Source of the DNA: a virus
Lineage: Duplodnaviria > Heunggongvirae > Uroviricota > Caudoviricetes
Reading direction: 5' to 3' (one strand)
IMG/VR virus record: IMGVR_UViG_3300011399_000001
Location: 1 to 64,000 of that record
Length of the DNA: 64,000 bases
Part shown: positions 1 through 8,946 of the stretch, piece after piece
How positions within the stretch are numbered: position 1 is the stretch's first letter
How the letters are laid out: every line of letters starts with the position of its first letter
The notes under the pieces: model-generated
The model's input: only the letters and a program-made list of their open reading frames with translations
Database searches by the model: none
Told to the model about the DNA's origin: nothing
Position numbers and translations under genes: made by a program

Positions 1-22
1 AAGGCATGTGTATCTATTATTT

Positions 23-712
23 TCATAATTCTTCATTTGGTTCGTTTGTATCAATTTTAGTTAATTCCACTTTAGAAGCTCTTCTTTCTTTACGTCTTTC
101 AAAATAATGGTAATATTTTTCTCCATGATGAAATGTTCTCCAATAAGGCTCTAGTATTTTCTCCAATTCAGCCTCTTCTTTTAAAAGAGATGGATTGATG
201 TCCCTTGTATGAGTAATCATATTTTTCTCTACTTTTACCATTAGATAGAAATGAGGGATACCTAGTTCATAAGCATATTCTTTCTGCCATCTACTTGTCT
301 TTATACCTGGAAAGAAAGTAAAATATTTTTTAACTTGTTCGTTTAGAGCATTATATTCCCCCTTCCTTAAGCTTTTTATGTAAGGACCTCCATTATTGTA
401 ATATGAATATCCTTTTACAGCCAAAAGAGCTCTTACATCTGATAAAGTAGGTTTTTTACGTATTTGTGAAATATGTTTGGCATTCCTTATTATTTTTTCT
501 ACGCCATATTTATCAATTAGTGCTTTAACAATAGGTCCTTTATCACTTCTTAAGAAATCTTCACGTAATGCAATTTTAAGCCTCCAACCTTTCTGATAAG
601 GAGTTTGTAATTCTACAAGAGGAGTATTTCTCTTCTCCTGCCTTATTTCATCAAGTCTATCTCTAGCCTTAAGGAATTTCTTATATGTTAATTCATACTT
701 ATCGTGCTTCAT
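23..712 (-). CDS. hypothetical protein (229 aa), first gene of the minus-strand early/accessory block
   Basis: Uninterrupted 229-codon ORF in the track; coding-like composition; basic K/R/E-rich C-terminus; no recognisable catalytic motif. Confidence 0.45.
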   Translation of the reverse strand: MKHDKYELTYKKFLKARDRLDEIRQEKRNTPLVELQTPYQKGWRLKIALREDFLRSDKGPIVKALIDKYGVEKIIRNAKHISQIRKKPTLSDVRALLAVKGYSYYNNGGPYIKSLRKGEYNALNEQVKKYFTFFPGIKTSRWQKEYAYELGIPHFYLMVKVEKNMITHTRDINPSLLKEEAELEKILEPYWRTFHHGEKYYHYFERRKERRASKVELTKIDTNEPNEEL

Positions 713-768
713 ATGTAATATTTTAGTAGTACTAGGAGGATTAAGGACTATAAATATATTTTTATAAT

Positions 769-996
769 TTAATCTTTTATTAATGCAGAGTTATAACCAG
801 CGCTTGAACAAACAGACCAATACACATATCCTCCTGAAAAGGTATCTTTTCTACGATATAATTTACATGCACCTTTTTGTCCATATAATTCCCACTCATC
901 TTTAATCTCAGGAGCCTCTTTTTTAGTGTTATTTGCACATAATGCACATAAAAAGCATACAGCAAACAATAATAGGATATTTAATATTATTTTCAT
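769..996 (-). CDS. small secreted/lipoprotein-like protein (75 aa)
   Basis: N-terminal hydrophobic signal-like segment MKIILNILLLFAVCFLCALC followed by a polar region. Confidence 0.4.
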   Translation of the reverse strand: MKIILNILLLFAVCFLCALCANNTKKEAPEIKDEWELYGQKGACKLYRRKDTFSGGYVYWSVCSSAGYNSALIKD

Positions 997-1010
997 ATTT
1001 TTTAATATTT

Positions 1011-1085
1011 AGTGGACCCTAATGGACCTGCACCACTGACCTATTCATTATGAGTGAATTGCTCTACTACCTGAGCTAAGGGTAC
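1011..1085 (-). tRNA. tRNA-like gene with CAT anticodon (Met/Ile2-like) on the minus strand; atypical T-arm
   Basis: Reverse complement GTACCCT-TA-GCTCAGGTAGTAGAGC-A-ATTCA-CTCATAA-TGAAT... gives a 7-bp acceptor 5' strand, a canonical GCTCAG..TAGAGC D-arm and a 5-bp anticodon stem with loop CTCATAA. The T-loop TGCAGGT is non-canonical and one acceptor pair mismatches. Confidence 0.4.
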
Positions 1086-1087
1086 AT

Positions 1088-1119
1088 AATATTCCTCTAT
1101 TTTATATTATAGAGGAATA
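1088..1119. terminator. perfect 11-bp inverted repeat (TATTCCTCTAT / ATAGAGGAATA) lying between the tRNA-like gene and the stop of the 1125..1418 ORF
   Basis: Seen directly: attcctctat-tttatatt-atagaggaat; no strong U-tract, so terminator function is uncertain. Confidence 0.3.
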
Positions 1120-1124
1120 CATTT

Positions 1125-1418
1125 TTATAATAATTTCAATGCATCTTTCTCCATTTTCAGTATCCTACATATCCTCTCTTGCTCATATAAATATGCAGCT
1201 TGTTCTATATAACTTATCATAGGAAGACAAAAATCATTGTCTGTTGCTTTTCTAAACCTATGAGTTATTATTTTTTGGGATACATATTTATTAAGAAGTT
1301 GACAATAATTACAGCCACAGAAACTATTATGAGACCTAATCATTTGTTGATAAATCCCTATAACAATTTCAGAATGCCTATCCTGCACTCTCTGGGCTAC
1401 TTTCTTTAGAATTTCCAC
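1125..1418 (-). CDS. hypothetical protein (97 aa) with a CGCNYC cysteine cluster
   Basis: ORF track; FCGCNYCQ motif suggests metal binding. Confidence 0.4.
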   Translation of the reverse strand: MEILKKVAQRVQDRHSEIVIGIYQQMIRSHNSFCGCNYCQLLNKYVSQKIITHRFRKATDNDFCLPMISYIEQAAYLYEQERICRILKMEKDALKLL

Positions 1419-1770
1419 TCAGTTTCTTTAAAGTTTCTGATAATTTGTTGTAAGAATCAGGAGTATTTTCAGAAAGAGCTGAATTTGTAGCTTTTTCCAA
1501 AGTTTCCAATTTTTGCTTAGTTTTATTAATCTCCTCAAAACGTTGTTTTGACATTGATTCTGCCTTCTTTCCATCTACATAAGTTTCAATGTCATTACGG
1601 TTGATTTTTTTGAATTCTTTTTCAAGAGTTTCAAAACGTCCTACAGCTTCTGTAATAACTCCTATTCTACGTTGAATTTCAACATCTGCAAGTTTATCAA
1701 CAACAACTGCTTGTACATTTTCACCTGCCTTACTGATTTTTTCTGCTACTGCTTCCTGAATTGTTCTCAT
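1378..1770 (-). CDS. hypothetical coiled-coil protein (130 aa)
   Basis: ORF track; K/E-rich heptad-like sequence. Confidence 0.45.
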   Translation of the reverse strand: MRTIQEAVAEKISKAGENVQAVVVDKLADVEIQRRIGVITEAVGRFETLEKEFKKINRNDIETYVDGKKAESMSKQRFEEINKTKQKLETLEKATNSALSENTPDSYNKLSETLKKLSGNSKESSPESAG

Positions 1771-2379
1771 ATTTTATTAGTTTTTAGTTGTTTTTAATAA
1801 AAACCTCACCAATTGAATTTCAATCAGTGAGGGTAATGAAATAATGATGTGCTGTCCTTGTTATACACTATTCTCGGATGTTTAGCACTTGGCTTTCTGG
1901 AAATTGGAATTGAACCAAACTATCATTATTTTTAATAATATAATTTCACTGTACATGGCTAAATTCCCTTGCAGGCTAAAGCGTCATTTGAGACTACAGC
2001 GTGAACTCTGTATAATAAGGCTGTTAACGGCTTATTAAATTGAGAGCTACCACTACACCCTCTGATAAAGGGTGTCCATACGTTTATAACACTTATCAGG
2101 TGCTATTTATCGTTGTATTGCAATGTTTTATACCATATCATCAATGGTGACATCTGTCAATATTGCTTCATTATTATGAATAAAATAGACGTTTCCATTT
2201 CATATTTTTAAGCTTTAGGTTGTATTACACCTCCTGTTAGAGGATTGATTCTGAAGGAGCGTGTATTCAAATTATGCTCAAATAGCTCCTTTTTACGTAA
2301 TTGGTCTTTATACAAGACTTTTATTTGAGATTTCTGATCGTCTGTCAAATCTCTCCATTTTAGACTAATTGTTAGCATA

Positions 2380-2892
2380 TTAAAATTGTTTAATTCCCCA
2401 TGTTTTTAGGAGAGTATTTACATGTTTTGCTTCAATATTCCCATCAGAGGGCCTAAAACAATAAGCCTCCTCATATGTAGCCTTTGTAGAGCTCCAATAA
2501 TATGTTGTGAATGTATGCCTTGGGAATGCATTAGAGGCTATTAGAAGCTCCCATTCTTCGTATGACGGCAACCACCACCCCAAACCATTGGCTTCACCAG
2601 AGGCGTTATTTGCCCCACAGAAGGAGATGATAGTTTGTGTGTTGTAATAGCCTTGGGCTGTAAATTGATGTAGGGGAATATCTTGGCATCCCCAAGAGAA
2701 TTCCCCTAAATTGCTCGAAACTATATACCCATGTACCTCTCCCTCTACATATTCATATGAATTCTCGTCAAATATGTAAAATATCACCCCATTATTGTAT
2801 TCTTGTCCTATTTCTAATTCAGGAGACAATTTCTTCACGTCTTCTGGTGAACAAGAGAATAATGTAATAATTAATAAAATGTATGTTTTCAT
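2380..2892 (-). CDS. lipoprotein with a DUF1566/Lcl-like C-terminal domain (170 aa)
   Basis: Lipobox-like LFSC after a hydrophobic N-terminus; GWWLPSYEEWELL resembles the W-LP..EL..L signature of DUF1566 domains. Confidence 0.45.
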   Translation of the reverse strand: MKTYILLIITLFSCSPEDVKKLSPELEIGQEYNNGVIFYIFDENSYEYVEGEVHGYIVSSNLGEFSWGCQDIPLHQFTAQGYYNTQTIISFCGANNASGEANGLGWWLPSYEEWELLIASNAFPRHTFTTYYWSSTKATYEEAYCFRPSDGNIEAKHVNTLLKTWGIKQF

Positions 2893-3398
2893 AATTTAGT
2901 TTTTTGATCTCGGTACTCTTGCATGGCTTTCCGTAAATATTTTCTCCACCAGAAATTACCTTTCTCATTATCTGGGCGTGGGTCACCATACCAAACACCG
3001 TTCAACGAACCTTCACCAAGTAAGAATTTTATAACATCCGGTAGCTCAGCCGTTCTCTCTGGTTGGCTCGGTTCTGCCGCCTTCACTAAGCTCCGTAACC
3101 TCGAAAGTTCTTCTAGTAACCTATAATTCTCTTGTGACAATTCTTTGTTAATCTCAGTCTGAGAATTAGCTACTCCTATTTCAAACTTCAACTCATTTCG
3201 TAGTTTGGTGAGTTCTTGCTGTAACTTTTCTCCTGATTCCAATGCTATTACTATCTCAGACCAGAAGAAGTCGAAAAGAAATTCAACTTCGATTTGATAT
3301 AGAAATCCGTTTTTCATTAATTCGATAACCACATCAGTGGCTTCGAACTTCTTTTTTAACTCCTCTTTACTGGAGACTGATGCTACATTGTTTTCCAT
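2889..3398 (-). CDS. hypothetical coiled-coil protein (169 aa)
   Basis: ORF track; 4-nt overlap with the downstream gene suggests an operon. Confidence 0.45.
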   Translation of the reverse strand: MENNVASVSSKEELKKKFEATDVVIELMKNGFLYQIEVEFLFDFFWSEIVIALESGEKLQQELTKLRNELKFEIGVANSQTEINKELSQENYRLLEELSRLRSLVKAAEPSQPERTAELPDVIKFLLGEGSLNGVWYGDPRPDNEKGNFWWRKYLRKAMQEYRDQKTKL

Positions 3399-3718
3399 TC
3401 TTCTACTGGTTGTGGTGAGAGTTTATTGAGAAGTTTGGTTTTAAAGTAAACTATATCCATCTCTACACCGTTTGAAATTACTTTTGTTGGCAAGCTATGA
3501 TCTTTTAATTCTTGTGCTGTTAGTTGTTCTTTCTCTTGGGTGGGTTGCTGGAATTGAGATGATTTAGGTGAGTAATCATAGTGACGCTCATCATTATTTT
3601 CACGATTGAGCTTATCAACTATTCTCTTAGCTTCGTCTTCTGTCTGAACTATGTCGATCAAATCTGTTCTTTCGATGTAATAAACATCTTCATCCTTACA
3701 TTCTTGTAGTGTTTTCAT
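3383..3718 (-). CDS. hypothetical protein (111 aa)
   Basis: ORF track; acidic, coding-like. Confidence 0.45.
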   Translation of the reverse strand: MKTLQECKDEDVYYIERTDLIDIVQTEDEAKRIVDKLNRENNDERHYDYSPKSSQFQQPTQEKEQLTAQELKDHSLPTKVISNGVEMDIVYFKTKLLNKLSPQPVEEWKTM

Positions 3719-3738
3719 TGGGGTTAGTGGTTAAGGGG

Positions 3739-4074
3739 TTACAAAATGTTTTGTTTTTTCAACCATTTATCTGTATGAATTCTCACCTTCTCATTTTCAA
3801 GACATGCTTTATATGCCTGCATCCAAGTCTTGTAAGTACCTATTTGGAAATCGTCACCTTCTGGATGTATTCTTTTTGACATTGCTTTATATGCCGTAAT
3901 CGGATACTCCTCATCCCAATGAGTTTTAATTTTTTCAATAAAATAATGATCTGGTAAAAATTTTATAACTATGCCTAATGTAGGTAATGGTAGAAAATAA
4001 AGCCAACCTTTTGCGCTGTCAAAAAATAACCCGACCCAAAAGTCAAGCCATCTAAAAATTATCTTGATTTTCAT
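3739..4074 (-). CDS. hypothetical protein (111 aa) with a hydrophobic N-terminal segment
   Basis: ORF track; WLDFWVGLFF...LPLPTLGIVIKF is a membrane-like stretch. Confidence 0.45.
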   Translation of the reverse strand: MKIKIIFRWLDFWVGLFFDSAKGWLYFLPLPTLGIVIKFLPDHYFIEKIKTHWDEEYPITAYKAMSKRIHPEGDDFQIGTYKTWMQAYKACLENEKVRIHTDKWLKKQNIL

Positions 4075-4078
4075 ATCC

Positions 4079-4327
4079 TTAAAGTTTAGTAGCGTCTAAT
4101 GCGAGTCCTTTAGTTTCCTGTTTTCTTCTTGTTCTACACAATCTCATATTTGAGCAAATAACATTACTCCCTCGCTGCAATGTGTCCATCTCTGTTTGAA
4201 ACAGGTGCGGTTTATATTGGTGATAGTCTAATTTATCTTGCGCTAACTTATAACACTCCCGCAAATGATCGTTCCTTTTATCGTTGTCTTTAGATCCACA
4301 CAGCGCACAAACATCTTTTATTTCCAT
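4079..4327 (-). CDS. hypothetical Cys-rich small protein (82 aa)
   Basis: CALCGS...C..C pattern suggests a zinc ribbon. Confidence 0.4.
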   Translation of the reverse strand: MEIKDVCALCGSKDNDKRNDHLRECYKLAQDKLDYHQYKPHLFQTEMDTLQRGSNVICSNMRLCRTRRKQETKGLALDATKL

Positions 4328-4330
4328 AGC

Positions 4331-4684
4331 TTACTTAGGGTTTGAGTTATACCATTTTATGAACTCTACTACTGCGTGATATGTTGATTTTATTTTGTCA
4401 CCATTCGCACCGTAGAAATACTTTGATGAGTCTGGATATTGTTCAATGGTACACCTTGTTGCCCTTATTTCTACTTCCCACATTAAACTTTCTATCTTCT
4501 CCACTACTGGCATGAGCCAATCCCATGAGGTGTTATACTTTAAGTCTCCAGCGTTTATTCCTGTCTGAAAATGCTTACTACTTTGTCCGCAAGAACAATA
4601 AGCGTTACCCATAAAAACATGAATTAGCTCGTTGTTATTAATACGCTCTGTTCTGTCTGCTATCAATTCATTATCTGTTTTCAT
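4331..4684 (-). CDS. hypothetical protein (117 aa)
   Basis: ORF track. Confidence 0.45.
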   Translation of the reverse strand: MKTDNELIADRTERINNNELIHVFMGNAYCSCGQSSKHFQTGINAGDLKYNTSWDWLMPVVEKIESLMWEVEIRATRCTIEQYPDSSKYFYGANGDKIKSTYHAVVEFIKWYNSNPK

Positions 4685-4702
4685 CTTACTTAGGGTTTAG
4701 AT

Positions 4703-4858
4703 TCAGGGGGTGAGGGTTTCTTTTGTTTGGAAAGGAAGAAGTCAACCGCAAGAGTAGCCCATTCATCTTTTATAAAACCACCCCACTTATTGAGTGCGTA
4801 CGCCTTAAACTCAGCTTTCAATTTTGTTTCTTTCTCTTTTTCTTCGGTGGTCATAGGG
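4703..4858 (-). CDS. hypothetical small protein (51 aa; below the 60-aa cutoff of the ORF track)
   Basis: My own translation of the minus strand gives MTTEEKEKETKLKAEFKAYALNKWGGFIKDEWATLAVDFFLSKQKKPSPP; it fills the gap between flanking genes. Confidence 0.3.
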
Positions 4859-5167
4859 TTAGAGTTTAGTTATTTCGCTCTTAACAGTATCATAAAAATC
4901 CATCAATTCGTAGCCGTCTAAATGTTCACCGACATCACGTATAAACGTGGTATATTCCGGCTTATGTAACGTCTTTAATTCTGCCAGAAGGATCTCATCT
5001 ACGCATATTAAGGCGCACTGCTTGGCGTTATCCTGTTTTTGTTGGATATGACCTATCTCATACTCACATAGCGGATAAAACTTCTCTACCAAATATTTTG
5101 CTTTTTCTGATGGTGTCATTTGATTACTGGGGGTTAGGGGTGGGTTTCTGTGAGTCAATTTTTTCAT
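4859..5167 (-). CDS. hypothetical protein (102 aa)
   Basis: ORF track. Confidence 0.4.
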   Translation of the reverse strand: MKKLTHRNPPLTPSNQMTPSEKAKYLVEKFYPLCEYEIGHIQQKQDNAKQCALICVDEILLAELKTLHKPEYTTFIRDVGEHLDGYELMDFYDTVKSEITKL

Positions 5168-5318
5168 CTCGATTTATGTTAATGACAACACCATAAATCA
5201 TTTTTAAAGTGCCCAACTCTTGTAGGGCATAAGTTTCTTCAGCAAAAAGATGGTGGTTAGGCTGCTTTATAACATCAGCTAATCTTTGTGATTCTCTGCG
5301 GTGGGCTTTATCGAGCAA
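5124..5318 (-). CDS. hypothetical small protein (64 aa)
   Basis: ORF track; overlaps the downstream gene by 44 nt. Confidence 0.3.
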   Translation of the reverse strand: MLDKAHRRESQRLADVIKQPNHHLFAEETYALQELGTLKMIYGVVININRDEKIDSQKPTPNPQ

Positions 5319-5743
5319 GGTTTCTAATTCACGCCCGTAGTTCTTTCAAAATGTTTCAAGTGTCATAATAGGTGTTTATCCCTCATTTTTGGGGTTAATT
5401 TCTGGTAATTGACGTTCTAATACTATAGCAATCAGTCCGTGTCTAATGCTTGATGTTCTGCTATTAATAGAGGTAGTTGCCATTTGAACAATTTTTCACC
5501 CTTCTCTAATCAAATTATTAACCTGTTCTTCGCTTTCTCTTTGTGTATCTATAATTATAAATTTCTGTTCCATATGAATTTTTTAAATAGCTACAAAATA
5601 TAGCACTGTTTCTGCAAAATCCTTGCTTTTTAGGGCATTTTCCCACTTTGGGGACCATCGGGGAGCTAATTGTCCTACTCCTAGAACAATTGTATTATTG
5701 TTTTCATAAATTAACCTTCCAAAAGAGGAGATGAATAATGTAC

Positions 5744-6046
5744 TTAATTCATGTTTTGGTTGATATACAGGGGATTGCATGTTTTATTTGTTTTTATTAC
5801 ACCAAATATAACCAATAAAATTATAAATATGAATATAATTAGGGATATTTTCCACGCAATTGCTAAAAGAGCTCCCATCACCCATAAGAATGCAAATATT
5901 AATACTAGTCCTATGAATAATATAATTAGAATTATTACATCTATTGCTTTCATAATTAATTTAGTTAAAAAGAGTTGATAGCTAGGTTGATTACGCTGAT
6001 TTATGCACAACCTATAGTTTAATTCAGATACTACCAACCTTCTCAA
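5744..6046 (-). CDS. small integral membrane protein (100 aa)
   Basis: Two long hydrophobic stretches (VIILIILFIGLVLIFAFLWVMGALLAIAW..LIIFIFIILLVIFGVI). Confidence 0.4.
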   Translation of the reverse strand: MRRLVVSELNYRLCINQRNQPSYQLFLTKLIMKAIDVIILIILFIGLVLIFAFLWVMGALLAIAWKISLIIFIFIILLVIFGVIKTNKTCNPLYINQNMN

Positions 6047-6162
6047 AATCCACTTAGACGAAGTTACAAATGTTGGCTACTAAATCTACTTCGTTTTTCA
6101 AAATGTCTATGCCTAATTTCTAGTCAACTAAGTGTTGCTGCTTTGAAATAGCGATTAAGACT

Positions 6163-6498
6163 TTATGCCGGGTAAATAAATACAAACATAGCATCTGGAT
6201 ATTCTTCACCTGGTAATCCTGGACCTTCTGGCATCTCATAGCATGTTCGTTCATACTTGCGTACAATAACCCCTGAATCTAGACAATATTCTTGAGTTAG
6301 TTGCCATGGCGAACAATATCTTTGAAATACAATTTCTTCCTTATTATCAATATTCATATTGATTAATGAGGTTCCAGCTTCTAAATTAATCCCTTCCCAA
6401 ATTGAAATTGGAGTATTTTCTTTTTTGTCAATTGCTTTAAATGACATGGAAGTGGCACATAACAGTGCTAACAGTCCGAAAATTAACATTCTTTTCAT
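6163..6498 (-). CDS. secreted protein (111 aa)
   Basis: Signal-peptide-like N-terminus MKRMLIFGLLALLCATSMSF. Confidence 0.45.
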   Translation of the reverse strand: MKRMLIFGLLALLCATSMSFKAIDKKENTPISIWEGINLEAGTSLINMNIDNKEEIVFQRYCSPWQLTQEYCLDSGVIVRKYERTCYEMPEGPGLPGEEYPDAMFVFIYPA

Positions 6499-6617
6499 GT
6501 TTTTGTTTGTTTTTTGGTTTAATTTAATTGGTAATCTTATGTTTCTTAAGCTTTTCTGATATTATAGTGAGTAAAAAGTTTCCGAAACATACACCTTGTC
6601 ACTAACCTCACTTGATA

Positions 6618-6974
6618 TTATATTACTAAATTCTTATCAAAATCTATTACATTATCTCCTTTTACAAATATTGTTTTCTTGAAATATTCATCATTTTGAC
6701 ACACCATTTGCAGCTCACCACATGTAATACTTTCTTCGACATTAATGGGGAACTTAATGTCGTCTAATATGAATATTACTTGTTCACAATTCTCAAGAGC
6801 TCTTTCTACATTAATTAAAGCAGGGTCATTTTCAATACCCCATAACATAGTAAAATAATAATAAGACATAAGATGATGTATTTCTTTTATTTTGCTATAT
6901 GTAGAAGTATCAAATATCCCCAATACAATAGCATTGTTTTTAACTACAATATCTTTTGTCTTCATATTTACCAA
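6618..6974 (-). CDS. hypothetical protein (118 aa)
   Basis: ORF track. Confidence 0.45.
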   Translation of the reverse strand: MVNMKTKDIVVKNNAIVLGIFDTSTYSKIKEIHHLMSYYYFTMLWGIENDPALINVERALENCEQVIFILDDIKFPINVEESITCGELQMVCQNDEYFKKTIFVKGDNVIDFDKNLVI

Positions 6975-7303
6975 TCATCAGGTATTTCTAGAGAATATGT
7001 GAAATCTTGTGGTTCTATGGCTTCAAGGTCTTGTCCAATTTCAGCACAAACTGATTTATACATAGCTCTAACCTTTTCATCTAGGTCAATAGGAGTTTTA
7101 ATTGATTCATAACTTAATGTTTCTTGTATTTCTCCTCCTATTTCTTTGGCATTTAAATTAGCCCTTCTTAAAGACAATGTAATGGCACAACCAAATGAAT
7201 TATAATAATTAGTGGTTCTAATATCCTCAGCTAATATGTTTAATGTTATTGTTTTCATGGGAGATAGGTTATAATTAAATAAATGATAGTAATTATTGAG
7301 CAA
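6968..7303 (-). CDS. hypothetical protein (111 aa)
   Basis: ORF track; overlaps the upstream gene by 7 nt. Confidence 0.45.
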   Translation of the reverse strand: MLNNYYHLFNYNLSPMKTITLNILAEDIRTTNYYNSFGCAITLSLRRANLNAKEIGGEIQETLSYESIKTPIDLDEKVRAMYKSVCAEIGQDLEAIEPQDFTYSLEIPDDW

Positions 7304-7440
7304 ATAATTCCATTAAAAGCACCAAAATAGAGCATGTCACTAGGACCAATTAAATAGTCATCTTTAACATCTTGCTTAATAAATACTCTATACATGGAGT
7401 ATAACATCCATAATACAGCTAAAACTCCTAATGTTTTCAT
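7255..7440 (-). CDS. small membrane protein (61 aa)
   Basis: Hydrophobic; the overlapping antisense/alternate ORF 7388..7570 was not preferred. Confidence 0.35.
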   Translation of the reverse strand: MKTLGVLAVLWMLYSMYRVFIKQDVKDDYLIGPSDMLYFGAFNGIICSIITIIYLIITYLP

Positions 7441-7628
7441 AATGCTTTAATAAATTGAATAATACACCAAATACTCCATATATACCATAATAATAGGCAT
7501 ATTGTAGGCCATACTCCAAATTGAAATTCAAAATATTGTTCCAAATTGTTCTTTTTATCCCATATTCCAATAATAATAAAGATTATAATAGCTAATATGC
7601 ACATTATAATATATAACCCTATTGTCAT
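7437..7628 (-). CDS. small membrane protein (63 aa)
   Basis: Two hydrophobic helices; start/stop overlap with the 7255..7440 ORF. Confidence 0.35.
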   Translation of the reverse strand: MTIGLYIIMCILAIIIFIIIGIWDKKNNLEQYFEFQFGVWPTICLLLWYIWSIWCIIQFIKAL

Positions 7629-7826
7629 AATATTTTAATTTAATGTATAAAAACAATTGATACAAGTTTCTTAATATACCTTCGCTAGGCAGCCTTATTT
7701 ATTATACTGCAATATCAATTGAATGTAAGCACCCGATTAACATTAGCTCTTCTTTCGAGGGTTAACTAATGCCAGCCTACCACGCTCTCCACATATTGCC
7801 AATTAAAAGAATATATAAATATTCTT

Positions 7827-8105
7827 CTAATGATAATTTAAGCTCCCACCAGAATGATGTGTAAAATCATCTGCTGAATAGGCAGCGTCTACAGGTTCCC
7901 CTGCTTTATAACGTCTTCCATTAATAGTTTGACTTATTGCCAGCCTATTATTAGCTCTTCTATGTTTACGAGAGCTTTGCTCTAATGATACAAACCCTCT
8001 AGATTGCCTCTTTTTACTCCTATTAGAGGATTTGTCAGAAGATGGACTAAATGGAGGAGGAGGCTTTGGACTCCCTCTTCTTATTGCTATTTGTTTAATT
8101 GGCAT
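7827..8105 (-). CDS. questionable ORF encoding a basic, Pro/Ser/Arg-rich low-complexity protein (92 aa)
   Basis: ORF track; it lies in a locally GC-richer island with duplicated sequence motifs, so the region may instead be non-coding. Confidence 0.25.
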   Translation of the reverse strand: MPIKQIAIRRGSPKPPPPFSPSSDKSSNRSKKRQSRGFVSLEQSSRKHRRANNRLAISQTINGRRYKAGEPVDAAYSADDFTHHSGGSLNYH

Positions 8106-8284
8106 ATTATTAGTTAGTTGTTAATGTTAATAAGAGAGAAAGGCGGTTTTCACCTAGCTTTCGGTAAGCAGGCCCAACACCACTTGTAGCCTAAGTCTAT
8201 TCTTCTCTCTTAACTCTTTAATGTCAAAAAGAGAACACTCTAGCTGTAATAGGCTAATATACAACCACTAGAATGTCTCTTTTT

Positions 8285-8821
8285 TTAATGTGTTTCTATA
8301 CTTATGTTACTAGGAGTGAAATCAATTACCCAGTATTTTCCATCTGCAAATATAATATTTTCATGATGTAAATCTCTATGAAAAATACCTTTATTTTTAA
8401 GCTCCTCTTTAATTACATTTCTCATTTCAATGGTAAAATCAGGTATATTTTGTACTACTGTTCCTTCCAAATATTGCATAACAATACCAATTCTATATCT
8501 TCTCTCATACCAAATAATTCTTACTCCATAACATGTTGGAATATTAGAATATCTTCTTTTTCCTTCTTCTAGCAGTCTTGCTTCTTCTATAGCCTCTTTA
8601 AAATAAAGACTGTCTAGTGCTGATTTCATTGTTTCGAATTCATAATATAACAATTTAATACCTTTAGAATTGGAAATACGCATATATATACCAAAGCTTC
8701 CATTACCAGAATAGGTGGAATTTTTAATCATTTTGGTTATTGTATTAGAATACACTCTAGGTTTAAACCCTTTAAAGAATAATAAATTGGGGATTTTAAT
8801 AAATTTATAGGAAATATTCAT
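8285..8821 (-). CDS. minimal protein-kinase-like protein (178 aa; Kdo/RIO/eukaryotic-like kinase fold)
   Basis: Gly-rich loop GNGSFG, catalytic-loop-like HRDLHHENIIF, DFG-equivalent VIDFT, in kinase order and spacing. Confidence 0.55.
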   Translation of the reverse strand: MNISYKFIKIPNLLFFKGFKPRVYSNTITKMIKNSTYSGNGSFGIYMRISNSKGIKLLYYEFETMKSALDSLYFKEAIEEARLLEEGKRRYSNIPTCYGVRIIWYERRYRIGIVMQYLEGTVVQNIPDFTIEMRNVIKEELKNKGIFHRDLHHENIIFADGKYWVIDFTPSNISIETH

Positions 8822-8946
8822 ATTTTTTATGATTTAATGACAATTACAATAATTAGTACATTGTATAAATATACCCAATAAGAAGCCTATCATTACTCCT
8901 AACATTAGGGCTATGAAGTAATATTCTGTGAAATCCCATTTCTTTT

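Noticed and set aside
23-712. Possibility that the window is an integrated prophage, with an integrase and an att site at the isolated tRNA-like element
   Set aside because: No tyrosine- or serine-recombinase motifs were recognised in any ORF. The architecture (virion RNAP, tRNA array, no repressor-like module) fits a virulent crAss-like phage better. A tRNA-derived att core cannot be excluded, so it was kept as a low-interest finding instead.
4727-4921. Plus-strand ORFs scattered in the minus-strand block (4727..4921, 5751..5978, 6359..6559, 8378..8572, 9092..9301, 9295..9537, 12205..12423)
   Set aside because: They oppose better minus-strand ORFs or lie in AT-rich intergenic DNA with homopolymeric I/F/N-rich products; they are likely spurious.
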